Assembly: GCA_965248695.1 (NCBI GenBank) | Contig: CBDFKD010000002.1 | Coordinates: 3,072,001 to 3,136,000, forward strand | Length of the DNA: 64,000 nt | Source of the DNA: Acidobacteriota bacterium | GTDB lineage: Bacteria; Acidobacteriota; UBA890; WLXD01 | Direction: 5' to 3' | Part shown: positions 49,912 to 57,811 of the stretch, one piece after another | Numbering within the stretch: the first letter of the stretch is position 1 | Layout: each line of letters begins with the position of its first letter | The notes under the pieces: generated by a model | Told to the model about the DNA's origin: nothing | What the model saw: only the letters and a program-made list of their open reading frames with translations | The model's database searches: none | Translations under genes and position numbers: made by a program

Positions 49912-51603
49912 ATGATCCGATCCCATGCACGAGTCGCCGTGAATAGCACGACCATGCCCTCGAGCCCGGGGTTCGACGAGGAGATCCGTACCTATCTGCA
50001 GGAGCGCCTGCGGCTGGTGGCGGGTGCCGTCACGGTCATTACCGGAGCGCTCGCCGCAGCGTTTCTATTCACGCTGTGGCGGCAGGGCGAGGACAGCCTG
50101 CTAACCGTCCTCATCAGCTTCGTGACCACGCTGCCCAACGCAGCCTTGTTCTGGCTCGTGCTCGGAGCATCGATCATCCGGCGCGGCCTGCAGAGCCGCC
50201 GCTTGTCGGAGCGCGGTCTGGCGATGCTGGACGGCCTCCTGTTGCAGATCCTCGTGGCGCCCTGCCTGCTGCTGTTCGCGACGTCGCACCACTTCGCCTT
50301 CTCCGGCTTCGCCCTGGTGCTGCCCTTCCTGACGTTGTTCATACTAACGCGCTCGATGCTGGTACCGAGCTCCGCCGCACGCACGTTCTGGCTCTCGATT
50401 CCGGCACCCATCGGGATGCTCGCGATCCAGCTATGGCACGGGGCCTCCTATGCCTTTCCCGGTCAGGCCTACCCCCGCAGCCACTACGTCAACATGCTGA
50501 TTCAGAATCAGGTCCTGCTGATCGGTACCATCGGCGTCGCCTGCGTCGCCTCGCGCGTGAACCTCGGACTCCGGCGCCGCAGCTACGAGGCCGGCCACCT
50601 GGGGCAGTACGAGATCCACGGCAAGCTCGGCGCCGGGGCGATGGGCGAGGTCTATGGTGCGACGCATTCACTCTTGAATCGTCCGACGGCCATCAAGCTG
50701 CTGCGTCCGGAGATCGCCGGCGAGAGCTCGCTGCGACGATTCGAGCGCGAGGTCAAACAGACGAGCCGTCTCACTCACCCCAACTCGGTGGGGATCTACG
50801 ACTACGGACACACCGCCGACGGCGTGTTCTATTACGCCATGGAGCTACTCGACGGCGCCAACCTGCGTGAGATCGTCGAGACCACCGGACCGATGCCGGC
50901 CGGGCGGGTGATCCACGTGCTGTCGGCGGCCTGTGGCGCGCTGGGAGAGGCGCACGCGAAGGGAATGGTTCACCGCGACATCAAGCCCGCCAACATCATG
51001 CTGTGCAGGCAGGGGGGCGAGAACGACGTCGTGAAGATCCTCGACTTCGGCCTGGTGAAGAACCTCAGCCAACAGGCGCCGGAGCTCGACGGCATGATCA
51101 TGGGCACGCCGGAGACGATGGCCCCGGAAGCCGTGTACCCGGAGATGATGGGACCGCGCGCCGATCTCTATTCGCTGTCCGCGGTCGCCTACTACCTGCT
51201 CACCGGCACGCCGTTGTTCACCGCCACCGATGTGCGTGAGTACATCCGCCAGCATCAGACCAAGCAACCGGAGCCGCTCCGATCCCGCAACCCGGACGTC
51301 CCGGACGATCTGCAGCAAGTAGTCCTCCGGGGGCTCTCGAAGGACCCGGGGATGCGTGCCAAGAACGCCATCACCATGCGCGCCCAGTTGCTCGACTGCG
51401 AGGCCGCCGGCAGCTGGCTGGCCACCGAGGCAGACGAGTGGTGGGCCGGTTTCGAGAAACCATCCCCGATGCAGCACTCGACAAGCTCCACCGGCTCCGA
51501 GAGCATCATGGCGACGGCGCTCATCGGCGAGGCCACGGCATTGCTCATCGACAGCGCCCACCTCGATGCGGTCGATGACGGCGAGGCGGAGGCGAGCGGC
51601 TAG
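49912..51603 (+). CDS. Ser/Thr protein kinase with a multipass N-terminal membrane domain (start may be 49954)
   Basis: LGAGAMGEVY, AIK, HRDIKPAN, DFG, APE, DLYS; about 6 hydrophobic helices N-terminal to the kinase. Confidence 0.9.
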   Translation: MIRSHARVAVNSTTMPSSPGFDEEIRTYLQERLRLVAGAVTVITGALAAAFLFTLWRQGEDSLLTVLISFVTTLPNAALFWLVLGASIIRRGLQSRRLSERGLAMLDGLLLQILVAPCLLLFATSHHFAFSGFALVLPFLTLFILTRSMLVPSSAARTFWLSIPAPIGMLAIQLWHGASYAFPGQAYPRSHYVNMLIQNQVLLIGTIGVACVASRVNLGLRRRSYEAGHLGQYEIHGKLGAGAMGEVYGATHSLLNRPTAIKLLRPEIAGESSLRRFEREVKQTSRLTHPNSVGIYDYGHTADGVFYYAMELLDGANLREIVETTGPMPAGRVIHVLSAACGALGEAHAKGMVHRDIKPANIMLCRQGGENDVVKILDFGLVKNLSQQAPELDGMIMGTPETMAPEAVYPEMMGPRADLYSLSAVAYYLLTGTPLFTATDVREYIRQHQTKQPEPLRSRNPDVPDDLQQVVLRGLSKDPGMRAKNAITMRAQLLDCEAAGSWLATEADEWWAGFEKPSPMQHSTSSTGSESIMATALIGEATALLIDSAHLDAVDDGEAEASG

Positions 51604-51662
51604 GCACACGTCAACGCGATACGCTCTCGGAGGCTTCCATCAACCCGCCTGCGAGGTCTCCG

Positions 51663-52160
51663 ATGCGCAATCCGATCCTCTTCGCCCTGCTCACAGCCCT
51701 GTGCTGGGGGCTGTACGGTCCGACCCTGGCACAGGCGCGATCATCGCTCTCGAGCCCCTTCAAGCCGTACTTCCTGATCGGACTTGCTTACATCGTCTGG
51801 GCCATCGTCGGTGGCCTCATCGGTATGCGGTTCAACGGCGACGAGCTGTCGATCAGCAGCACCGGTGCCTTCTGGGGCTTCGCCGCCGGAACGCTCGGCG
51901 CCTGGGGCGCCTTGAACCTCACCCTCGCCATGTTCACGGGTGGCGCCGCTCTACCCCACCTGGTCATGCCGATCGTGTTCGGCGGCGCGGTGACCATCTC
52001 GGCCCTCGTCGCCCTGCCCCGGGCCGAGCACGTCAGCCCCTGGTTGTGGCTCGGCATCGCGGTGGTCGGCGCCGGCATCGTCATGGTGGCCTACAACACC
52101 CCGCACGCCACCCCGCCCACAGCGCCGGCGCCCGCGACCGGAGCAGCGCAGATCGACTGA
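51663..52160 (+). CDS. Small DMT/EamA-like membrane protein
   Basis: FALLTALCWG.YGP, about 5 TM helices, VMPIVFGGA. Confidence 0.65.
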   Translation: MRNPILFALLTALCWGLYGPTLAQARSSLSSPFKPYFLIGLAYIVWAIVGGLIGMRFNGDELSISSTGAFWGFAAGTLGAWGALNLTLAMFTGGAALPHLVMPIVFGGAVTISALVALPRAEHVSPWLWLGIAVVGAGIVMVAYNTPHATPPTAPAPATGAAQID

Positions 52161-52306
52161 GCTGCTCTTCACAGCCGGGAGGAGCTCCTGCACCCCGTTG
52201 ACGGCCGTCAGACGGTAAGATCGGCCGTGAGCGTTCCCTCCGACGCCGTACCGCGCGCTCACGCCGCCGAGACAGTTCCCGAACGCCCAAGAGCCGGAGT
52301 TCCGAG

Positions 52307-52765
52307 ATGAACATCAAGCGCATTGTCGCGATCGTCGTAGTCCTGGTCGGATTCGCGGGCGGATGGCTGTATGCCGGACGCACACCGTTGGTCGACGGCG
52401 TCACGGTGGAGATGTATCAGAACCCGGCGTGCGGCTGCTGCGGCAAATGGGCGGCCCACATGGAAACCGCCGGCTTCAACGTCGAGATCCACAAGACCGA
52501 TCAGCTCAACAGCATCAAGGAGCGTGAGGGGATAACGCCAGCAACCGCCGGCTGCCACACGTCGAAGATCGACGGCTACTTGGTCGAGGGCCACGTCCCG
52601 GCACGCGAGGTTGCGCGCCTGTTGAGCGAGCGCCCGGACATCAAGGGCATCACCGTGGCCGGTATGCCGATGGGCTCGCCGGGCATGGAGGGCGGACGGA
52701 CGGATCGTTATGACGTCCTGACGATCGACCACGAGGGCAACACGGCAGTCTTCGCCAGCTATTGA
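52307..52765 (+). CDS. DUF411-family metal-binding protein
   Basis: CGCC..W..H, GCHT, Y.VEGHVPA, GMPMGSPGME. Confidence 0.88.
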   Translation: MNIKRIVAIVVVLVGFAGGWLYAGRTPLVDGVTVEMYQNPACGCCGKWAAHMETAGFNVEIHKTDQLNSIKEREGITPATAGCHTSKIDGYLVEGHVPAREVARLLSERPDIKGITVAGMPMGSPGMEGGRTDRYDVLTIDHEGNTAVFASY

Positions 52766-53397
52766 TGCGGCGCCTGGCCCCGCCTGGCGGCATTCTCGCC
52801 GCCACGTTGTTGATCGGCGTCACCGGCGCCGCGGCACCGATGGGGCAGCAGGAGACACCGTACGAGCTGGAGGCGCTCTACCGCAGCGGCGTCGTGTTCG
52901 ACCAGTTCCTCGAAGCCGCCGATCAGCGCCGCGAAGCCTGGCGGGCCAACTACGCTGACGGTTCGCCGGCGGCTGAGGCCGTCGAACGCGTCCGCGCCGT
53001 CGGTGCGGCCGCCAAACTGCTTGTCGTGGCGGAAGACTGGTGTGGCGACTCGGTGCACACGATCCCCTACCTCGCACGACTGGTTGAGGCGATCGACGGG
53101 CTGGAAATGCGGATCATCGATTCGGAGGTCGGCGCCCAGCTGATGCGCCAGCGCCCGACTCCCGATGGCCGAGCCGCGACGCCCACCGTCGTCGTGCTCG
53201 ACACCGACTACGCCGAGATCGGTAGCTGGGTCGAGCGCCCCGGCGTACTACAGGACTGGTTCCTCGACAACGAGGACGAGCTCTCGCGTGCCGAGTTGTA
53301 CGATCGTAAGTACGCCTGGTACGCCGAGGATGCCGGCGACAAGACGATCGACGACATCACCGCCCTGCTCGAGCGCGCGTTCGGCACCGCTCAGTAG
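52765..53397 (+). CDS. Secreted thioredoxin-like protein (CxxS)
   Basis: AEDWCGDS, G..ATPT, W.ERP; TGATG coupling to DUF411. Confidence 0.82.
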   Translation: MRRLAPPGGILAATLLIGVTGAAAPMGQQETPYELEALYRSGVVFDQFLEAADQRREAWRANYADGSPAAEAVERVRAVGAAAKLLVVAEDWCGDSVHTIPYLARLVEAIDGLEMRIIDSEVGAQLMRQRPTPDGRAATPTVVVLDTDYAEIGSWVERPGVLQDWFLDNEDELSRAELYDRKYAWYAEDAGDKTIDDITALLERAFGTAQ

Positions 53398-53581
53398 TGG
53401 CCTGTAACAGATGAACGTTGCCTATCGTGGTGGCGAAATGGGCTCGGATGCCAGGCGCTACGACGAGACGATGTTGGCCCATCTTCGAGGAGGAGCAACG
53501 GGGCAGACGGGTCAGTTTCGCCACTGTTCTCTTGATGGGCCTACGGACAGATGGGCAACGTTCATCTGTTACAGGCCACTA
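53395..53581. mobile_element. Complete 187-bp MITE-like non-autonomous element with 28-bp perfect terminal inverted repeats
   Basis: TAGTGGCCTGTAACAGATGAACGTTGCC (53395-53422) and its reverse complement (53554-53581); internal stem GTGGCGAAA/TTTCGCCAC; related copies at 30307 and 17415; no coding capacity for a transposase. Confidence 0.85.
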
Positions 53582-53863
53582 GCTGTCGGCATTTCGGCGA
53601 CGAAACAGTGTCCGCAACAGATCCGCCAGGCCGACGCGTTCTAGTGCCTCGCCGCTCTTGTCTTTCACCGTGCTCAACAGGCGACGCGCCCAGGCCCACT
53701 CCAGCCCGAGAATGGCGAGCCCAATGGGGATGACGACGAACGCCGGGCCCGGCGTCACCAGCAGGATGATGCCGATCAGCACCACCGTAACGCCGACGAG
53801 CGTGACGATAATGCGCCGCGCCGCCTTGTACGTCAGGTCAGCTAGCTGGAATAGCACCAGCAC
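53579..53863 (-). CDS. PGPGW-domain small membrane protein
   Basis: G..LLVTPGPA..VIP.GLAIL..E..WARRLL. Confidence 0.8.
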   Translation of the reverse strand: MLVLFQLADLTYKAARRIIVTLVGVTVVLIGIILLVTPGPAFVVIPIGLAILGLEWAWARRLLSTVKDKSGEALERVGLADLLRTLFRRRNADS

Positions 53864-53869
53864 CCTCGC

Positions 53870-54244
53870 CTAGCAGGCCGTGGCTTGCCGCAGTTGCGCG
53901 ACAAGATTCTGGATTCCCTCGCGCGCCAGCACGATGGCGTGCACCTTCATCGGTGGCAACGACCCGAGCACGGAGAGAATATCCTCGTCACTGATAGACG
54001 CAGCGTCATCGATGGTTGTTCCTGAAATCAGCTCAGATGCAACAGACCCGGCAGCGATGGCGGCTGCGCATCCGTAGGCTTTGAAGCGCGCTTCAGTGAT
54101 CACGCCGTCACGGCAGTGGGCCACCAAGCGGAGCATGTCGCCACAGACAGGGTTGTGCACCAACGCAACACCGTCCGGGTCGGCAAGATCGCCGAGATTG
54201 CGAGGGTTGTTGTAGTGATCGGCGAGGCCGCTATTGTCGCTCAT
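53870..54244 (-). CDS. IscU/NifU-N-like scaffold protein lacking the third Cys (start may be 54265)
   Basis: DHYNNPRN.G, NPVCGD, FKAYGCAAAIA.GS, LPPMKVHA (canonical K.HC). Confidence 0.82.
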   Translation of the reverse strand: MSDNSGLADHYNNPRNLGDLADPDGVALVHNPVCGDMLRLVAHCRDGVITEARFKAYGCAAAIAAGSVASELISGTTIDDAASISDEDILSVLGSLPPMKVHAIVLAREGIQNLVAQLRQATAC

Positions 54245-54349
54245 GTCGCTCGCAGGAAGAAACACATTCGCTGGACCGGGGCAAGCGTAGCAGGCCGTGA
54301 TGGAAGTGTGGCGAGCCGGGCCGGAGCCCCGACCGTCCGTCCTCGAACG

Positions 54350-54375
54350 TGAAACCTGCCCGACACGAGGCCGTC
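54350..54375 (+). promoter_or_regulatory. Putative ECF sigma promoter TGAAAC-N16-CGTC
   Basis: TGAAAC 54350-54355, 16-nt spacer, CGTC 54372-54375, 45 nt upstream of the ABC operon ATG. Confidence 0.5.
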
Positions 54376-54420
54376 TTAGTCTGATGAAGACTCTGCATCA
54401 TCGAACCTGATCGGAACGTA

Positions 54421-55491
54421 ATGAACGTAATTCAGACTCTCGGCCTGTCGAAAACCTATGGCGGTGGACCCTTCGGGTCGGGCGTCGATGCGCTTCGCGA
54501 CGTGAGCATCGATGTCGGTACCGGCGAGGCGTTCGGTCTGCTAGGACCCAACGGCGCCGGCAAGACGACGCTCGTCAAGATCCTGCTTGGCCTGGTTCAC
54601 CCGACCGCCGGAAGCGCTGTGCTGCTGGGCGAGCCGGCGGGCAGCCCGAAGTCGCGCAGCCACGTCGGCTACATGCCCGAGCGTCGCGAGTACCCTGATT
54701 TCCTCACCGCCGCGCAGGTCCTGGAGCTATTTGGCCGCCTGCTGGGCATGGACAAGCGCGAGCGCGCCAGACGGATCGACATCGTCCTGGAGGAAGTCGA
54801 GATGTCGGCCTGGCGGGACCATCGGGTCGGCGGCTTCTCCAAGGGAATGCAGCAACGTCTGGCGCTGGCCCAGGCGCTCCTTCCGGATCCGCAGGTCCTG
54901 TTCCTGGACGAGCCCACCGAAGGCATCGATCCGCTAGGCCGCGTTTCGATTCGCGGCATCCTGCGGCGCAACCTGGAGAAGGGCAAGACGCTGTTCGTGA
55001 ACTCACACATGCTCGGCGAGGTCGAGCTACTGTGCGATCAGGTGGCCATCCTGGTAAAGGGGCAGGTTCGACGAGAGGGACCGCTGAGCTCGCTACAAGC
55101 ACCCAACCCTGAGTACCGCCTGGTACTGGCGACCTCGGACGAAGTCACCGCGCGCGCCGCGCTGGCAGCGGACGGCGAGGAGCACGAATCGCTGGCGGCG
55201 CCGCCGGGGCGCAGCGCCTGGCGCCTGAGCGTCAGCGATCGAAGCGAGCTCAACGCCGCGCTCGATCGAGTGCGCCAGGCCGGCATCGAAATCGAGGAGG
55301 TCCAGCGGGTCCGTGCGAGCCTCGAGGAGGTGTTCGTACAGACCATCAGCGACGCCTCGTCGGAGGACTCCGACGCTGGCCGGCCCGGTGGTGCGCGATC
55401 CGGCGACGAGTCGATCGCCGTGGCCGATGTCCGACCCGATGAAGCCGAAGAGCCTGCCGCCGTTGCGGTCACGACGGAGACGGAGTCGTGA
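54421..55491 (+). CDS. ABC transporter ATP-binding protein (ABC-2 exporter type)
   Basis: GPNGAGKTT, FSKGMQQR, LFLDEPT, NSH. Confidence 0.92.
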   Translation: MNVIQTLGLSKTYGGGPFGSGVDALRDVSIDVGTGEAFGLLGPNGAGKTTLVKILLGLVHPTAGSAVLLGEPAGSPKSRSHVGYMPERREYPDFLTAAQVLELFGRLLGMDKRERARRIDIVLEEVEMSAWRDHRVGGFSKGMQQRLALAQALLPDPQVLFLDEPTEGIDPLGRVSIRGILRRNLEKGKTLFVNSHMLGEVELLCDQVAILVKGQVRREGPLSSLQAPNPEYRLVLATSDEVTARAALAADGEEHESLAAPPGRSAWRLSVSDRSELNAALDRVRQAGIEIEEVQRVRASLEEVFVQTISDASSEDSDAGRPGGARSGDESIAVADVRPDEAEEPAAVAVTTETES

Positions 55492-56399
55492 CCGAGACGG
55501 TCGCATCGATCATCGCACCTGCCGCCAGCGGTCACCGGCTGACGGTGCAGCAGGTTGGCGCCCTGGTCGGCTACACGGTGCGCGAAGCGCGCAACAAGTG
55601 GACGCTGGTGGCGCTGTTCGCGCTCACGACACTGTTTCTGATCGCGCTGGCGACGGTGATCTCCGTCGACGTGGTCGAAGGGTCGATCGCCTCGGCCAGA
55701 TTGTTCGGCACCATCCCGCTGGAGATCGGTGGCAACGAGATCTCGATAGCCGACGCCGTCACCGTGATCCAGGTGGTGATCGTCAGCGTGCTGAGCACCT
55801 TCGGGCTCGTGTTGTCGCTATTCGTCACCGGCAGCATCATCCCGCGCACGTTGAACACCGGCTGGGTCGACCTGCTGGCCTCGCAACCTGTTGCGCGGAT
55901 GACGCTGGTGCTCGGCCGTACGCTGGGCGCTCTCGCCGTGGTCACAATGGCGCTCGCGTACCTGTTCGGCGGCAGCTGGTCGTTGCTCACTTGGAAAACC
56001 GGCTTCGGCAATGCCGGGTTCCTGCTGGCGGGTTTAATCGTCCTGTTCACCTTCGCCTGCTGCTACGCCGGCATGGTTCTCGTCGGGGTGCTGACCGGCA
56101 GCAGCCCCGTGAGCATCATCGCCGGCATCGGCATCTGGTTCCTCGGGCTGATCCTGTACCCACTGCACACGTATTCGGAATGGACCACGGCGTTCCGCGC
56201 CGGCTGGCCGCGGTCGTTGGTCACCGCAATCGCCGAAACCCTGTACTGGATTCTGCCGAAGACCCTGGAGCTGACGGATCGCGCTAGTCTGGCAACCCGG
56301 CTGGAACCGATTTCCCTGACCCCCATGTTGACATCGTTGCCGTTTCCGTTGATTTGCCTGGCGCTGGCATGTTGGTGGTTCGCGCGGCAGGATTACTGA
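55488..56399 (+). CDS. ABC-2 type transporter permease
   Basis: About 6 TM helices, G..DLL.S.PV.R motif, LYWILPK, WF.RQDY terminus; GTGA overlap. Confidence 0.85.
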   Translation: MTETVASIIAPAASGHRLTVQQVGALVGYTVREARNKWTLVALFALTTLFLIALATVISVDVVEGSIASARLFGTIPLEIGGNEISIADAVTVIQVVIVSVLSTFGLVLSLFVTGSIIPRTLNTGWVDLLASQPVARMTLVLGRTLGALAVVTMALAYLFGGSWSLLTWKTGFGNAGFLLAGLIVLFTFACCYAGMVLVGVLTGSSPVSIIAGIGIWFLGLILYPLHTYSEWTTAFRAGWPRSLVTAIAETLYWILPKTLELTDRASLATRLEPISLTPMLTSLPFPLICLALACWWFARQDY

Positions 56400-56440
56400 G
56401 CTCTCAAACGTTCGATTGCACCTGTTGGAGGAACCAGAGC

Positions 56441-57574
56441 ATGAACATCAAGCTGGCCTACGATCGAGCATTTCCGCTGACGGCCATCGCGTGGGCCCTG
56501 GCGCTGTTGCTACTTCCTCCCATCGCGTGCTCCGGCACCGCCGCGCCCGCGGCAGGTGGTGACGAGGCCGAGTCGGCTGCCGCCCAGGGTGACCTCATCG
56601 CCCGGCTACCGGCCGATGCGACCACCGTCGGCCTGATCGACTTCGCCTCGCTCCGCAACAGTCCTGCCTACGAGTTCTTCAAGCGCGAGGGAGCCGAGTT
56701 CGGCAACCCCGACGATCTCGAGGAGATCATCGCCGAGACCGGTATCGACCCGCGCACCGACCTGCATCGGATTGCTTTCGTGTCCAGCGGCTGGTTCTCC
56801 GACGATATGAGCGACGCCTCGGGCGCCATTGCGGTGGCCAGCTTCGACCGCGACAGGGTCATCGACTCATTGGACGGCCACGCTACGGAGGAGTACAGCG
56901 GCTACACGCTCTACTCGATCGGCGATTGGGATGGTCCCGACGATGATGACGCCCACGACGGCGACAGCGACGCCGATGCCGACCATGCAGACGGCGACGA
57001 TACGGACGGCGACGACGACAGCGAGGTCGGCTACCTGACGCTCCTCGACGACAGCACCGTGGCGTTCGGCGGCAGCAGCACGATTCGAGCCATCATCGAC
57101 GTGGCCAACGGCGCCGCCTCGGCGCGCACCAACACCCGTCTCATGGGACTGCTCGAAGACGTCGACCCGGATAGCGAGACCTGGTTCATCTCGTCGCAGG
57201 ATGCTCTGTTGAGCGGGATCGCACCGGACGATAACGTCCCCATGCAGCAGATCCCCATCGATCGCATCAACGCGATGATCATGTCGCTCCGACTTGCCAA
57301 CGGCCTGCAGATGAACCTCCGCGGGCGCACCGAGGAATCTGCCGACGCCAAGCTGCTCGGCGACTCGCTCAACGGCATGCTCGCCTTCGGCAAGATGATG
57401 ATCCAGGGCAGCGACCCCGACGTGTTCTCGATCCTCGACACCAGCATCAGCGCCGGCAGCAGCGGTCGCGACGTGACCTTGCGCGCCGATCTGTCGATCG
57501 CCGACCTCGAAGCGTTGCGCGACTATGCGCGCGAGATGTTCGAGGAGTCGGTGGACGGGGTGCCTGGAGAGTAG
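56441..57574 (+). CDS. Acidic hypothetical lipoprotein with an Asp-rich loop
   Basis: GGAGG RBS, lipobox IAC, GIDP..D motif, D/H-rich stretch DGPDDDDAHDGDSDADADHADGDDTDGDDDSE. Confidence 0.72.
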   Translation: MNIKLAYDRAFPLTAIAWALALLLLPPIACSGTAAPAAGGDEAESAAAQGDLIARLPADATTVGLIDFASLRNSPAYEFFKREGAEFGNPDDLEEIIAETGIDPRTDLHRIAFVSSGWFSDDMSDASGAIAVASFDRDRVIDSLDGHATEEYSGYTLYSIGDWDGPDDDDAHDGDSDADADHADGDDTDGDDDSEVGYLTLLDDSTVAFGGSSTIRAIIDVANGAASARTNTRLMGLLEDVDPDSETWFISSQDALLSGIAPDDNVPMQQIPIDRINAMIMSLRLANGLQMNLRGRTEESADAKLLGDSLNGMLAFGKMMIQGSDPDVFSILDTSISAGSSGRDVTLRADLSIADLEALRDYAREMFEESVDGVPGE

Positions 57575-57580
57575 TTACGG

Positions 57581-57720
57581 GGCGGAGACGACACACACTC
57601 GTCTCTGGCAACGGGTGGCGGCGGTAGTCGATGGGGGTTCGTGCTCACGCGTCGTGAGCGCAGGTATCCGAACATCAGCGTTGGCGATGTTGCCTGAGAC
57701 GAGTGTGTGTCGTCTCCGCC
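57581..57720. repeat. REPIN-like inverted pair of palindromic units (140 bp)
   Basis: GGCGGAGACGACACACACTCGTCTC (57581-57605) and its perfect reverse complement (57696-57720), extending to 32 bp with one mismatch; each arm is itself a GAGACGA-N7-TCGTCTC hairpin. Confidence 0.8.
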
Positions 57721-57811
57721 TCGCGACTTTCCAGGTTCTCGTCCTCGAGTTGCGGACGACGTTGCACCCTAGTCGCTTGCGTGGGATGGGAGTGGTCCGC
57801 GAGCCAGCGCC

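Noticed and set aside
52198-52221. Sigma70 or MerR-type promoter before DUF411 (TTGACG...TAAGAT)
   Set aside because: The spacer is only 12 nt, incompatible with either
53411-53733. ORFs 53411-53644 and 53551-53733 as genes or a transposase remnant
   Set aside because: They arise from the non-coding element and overlap the PGPGW gene antisense; no DDE/HUH motifs
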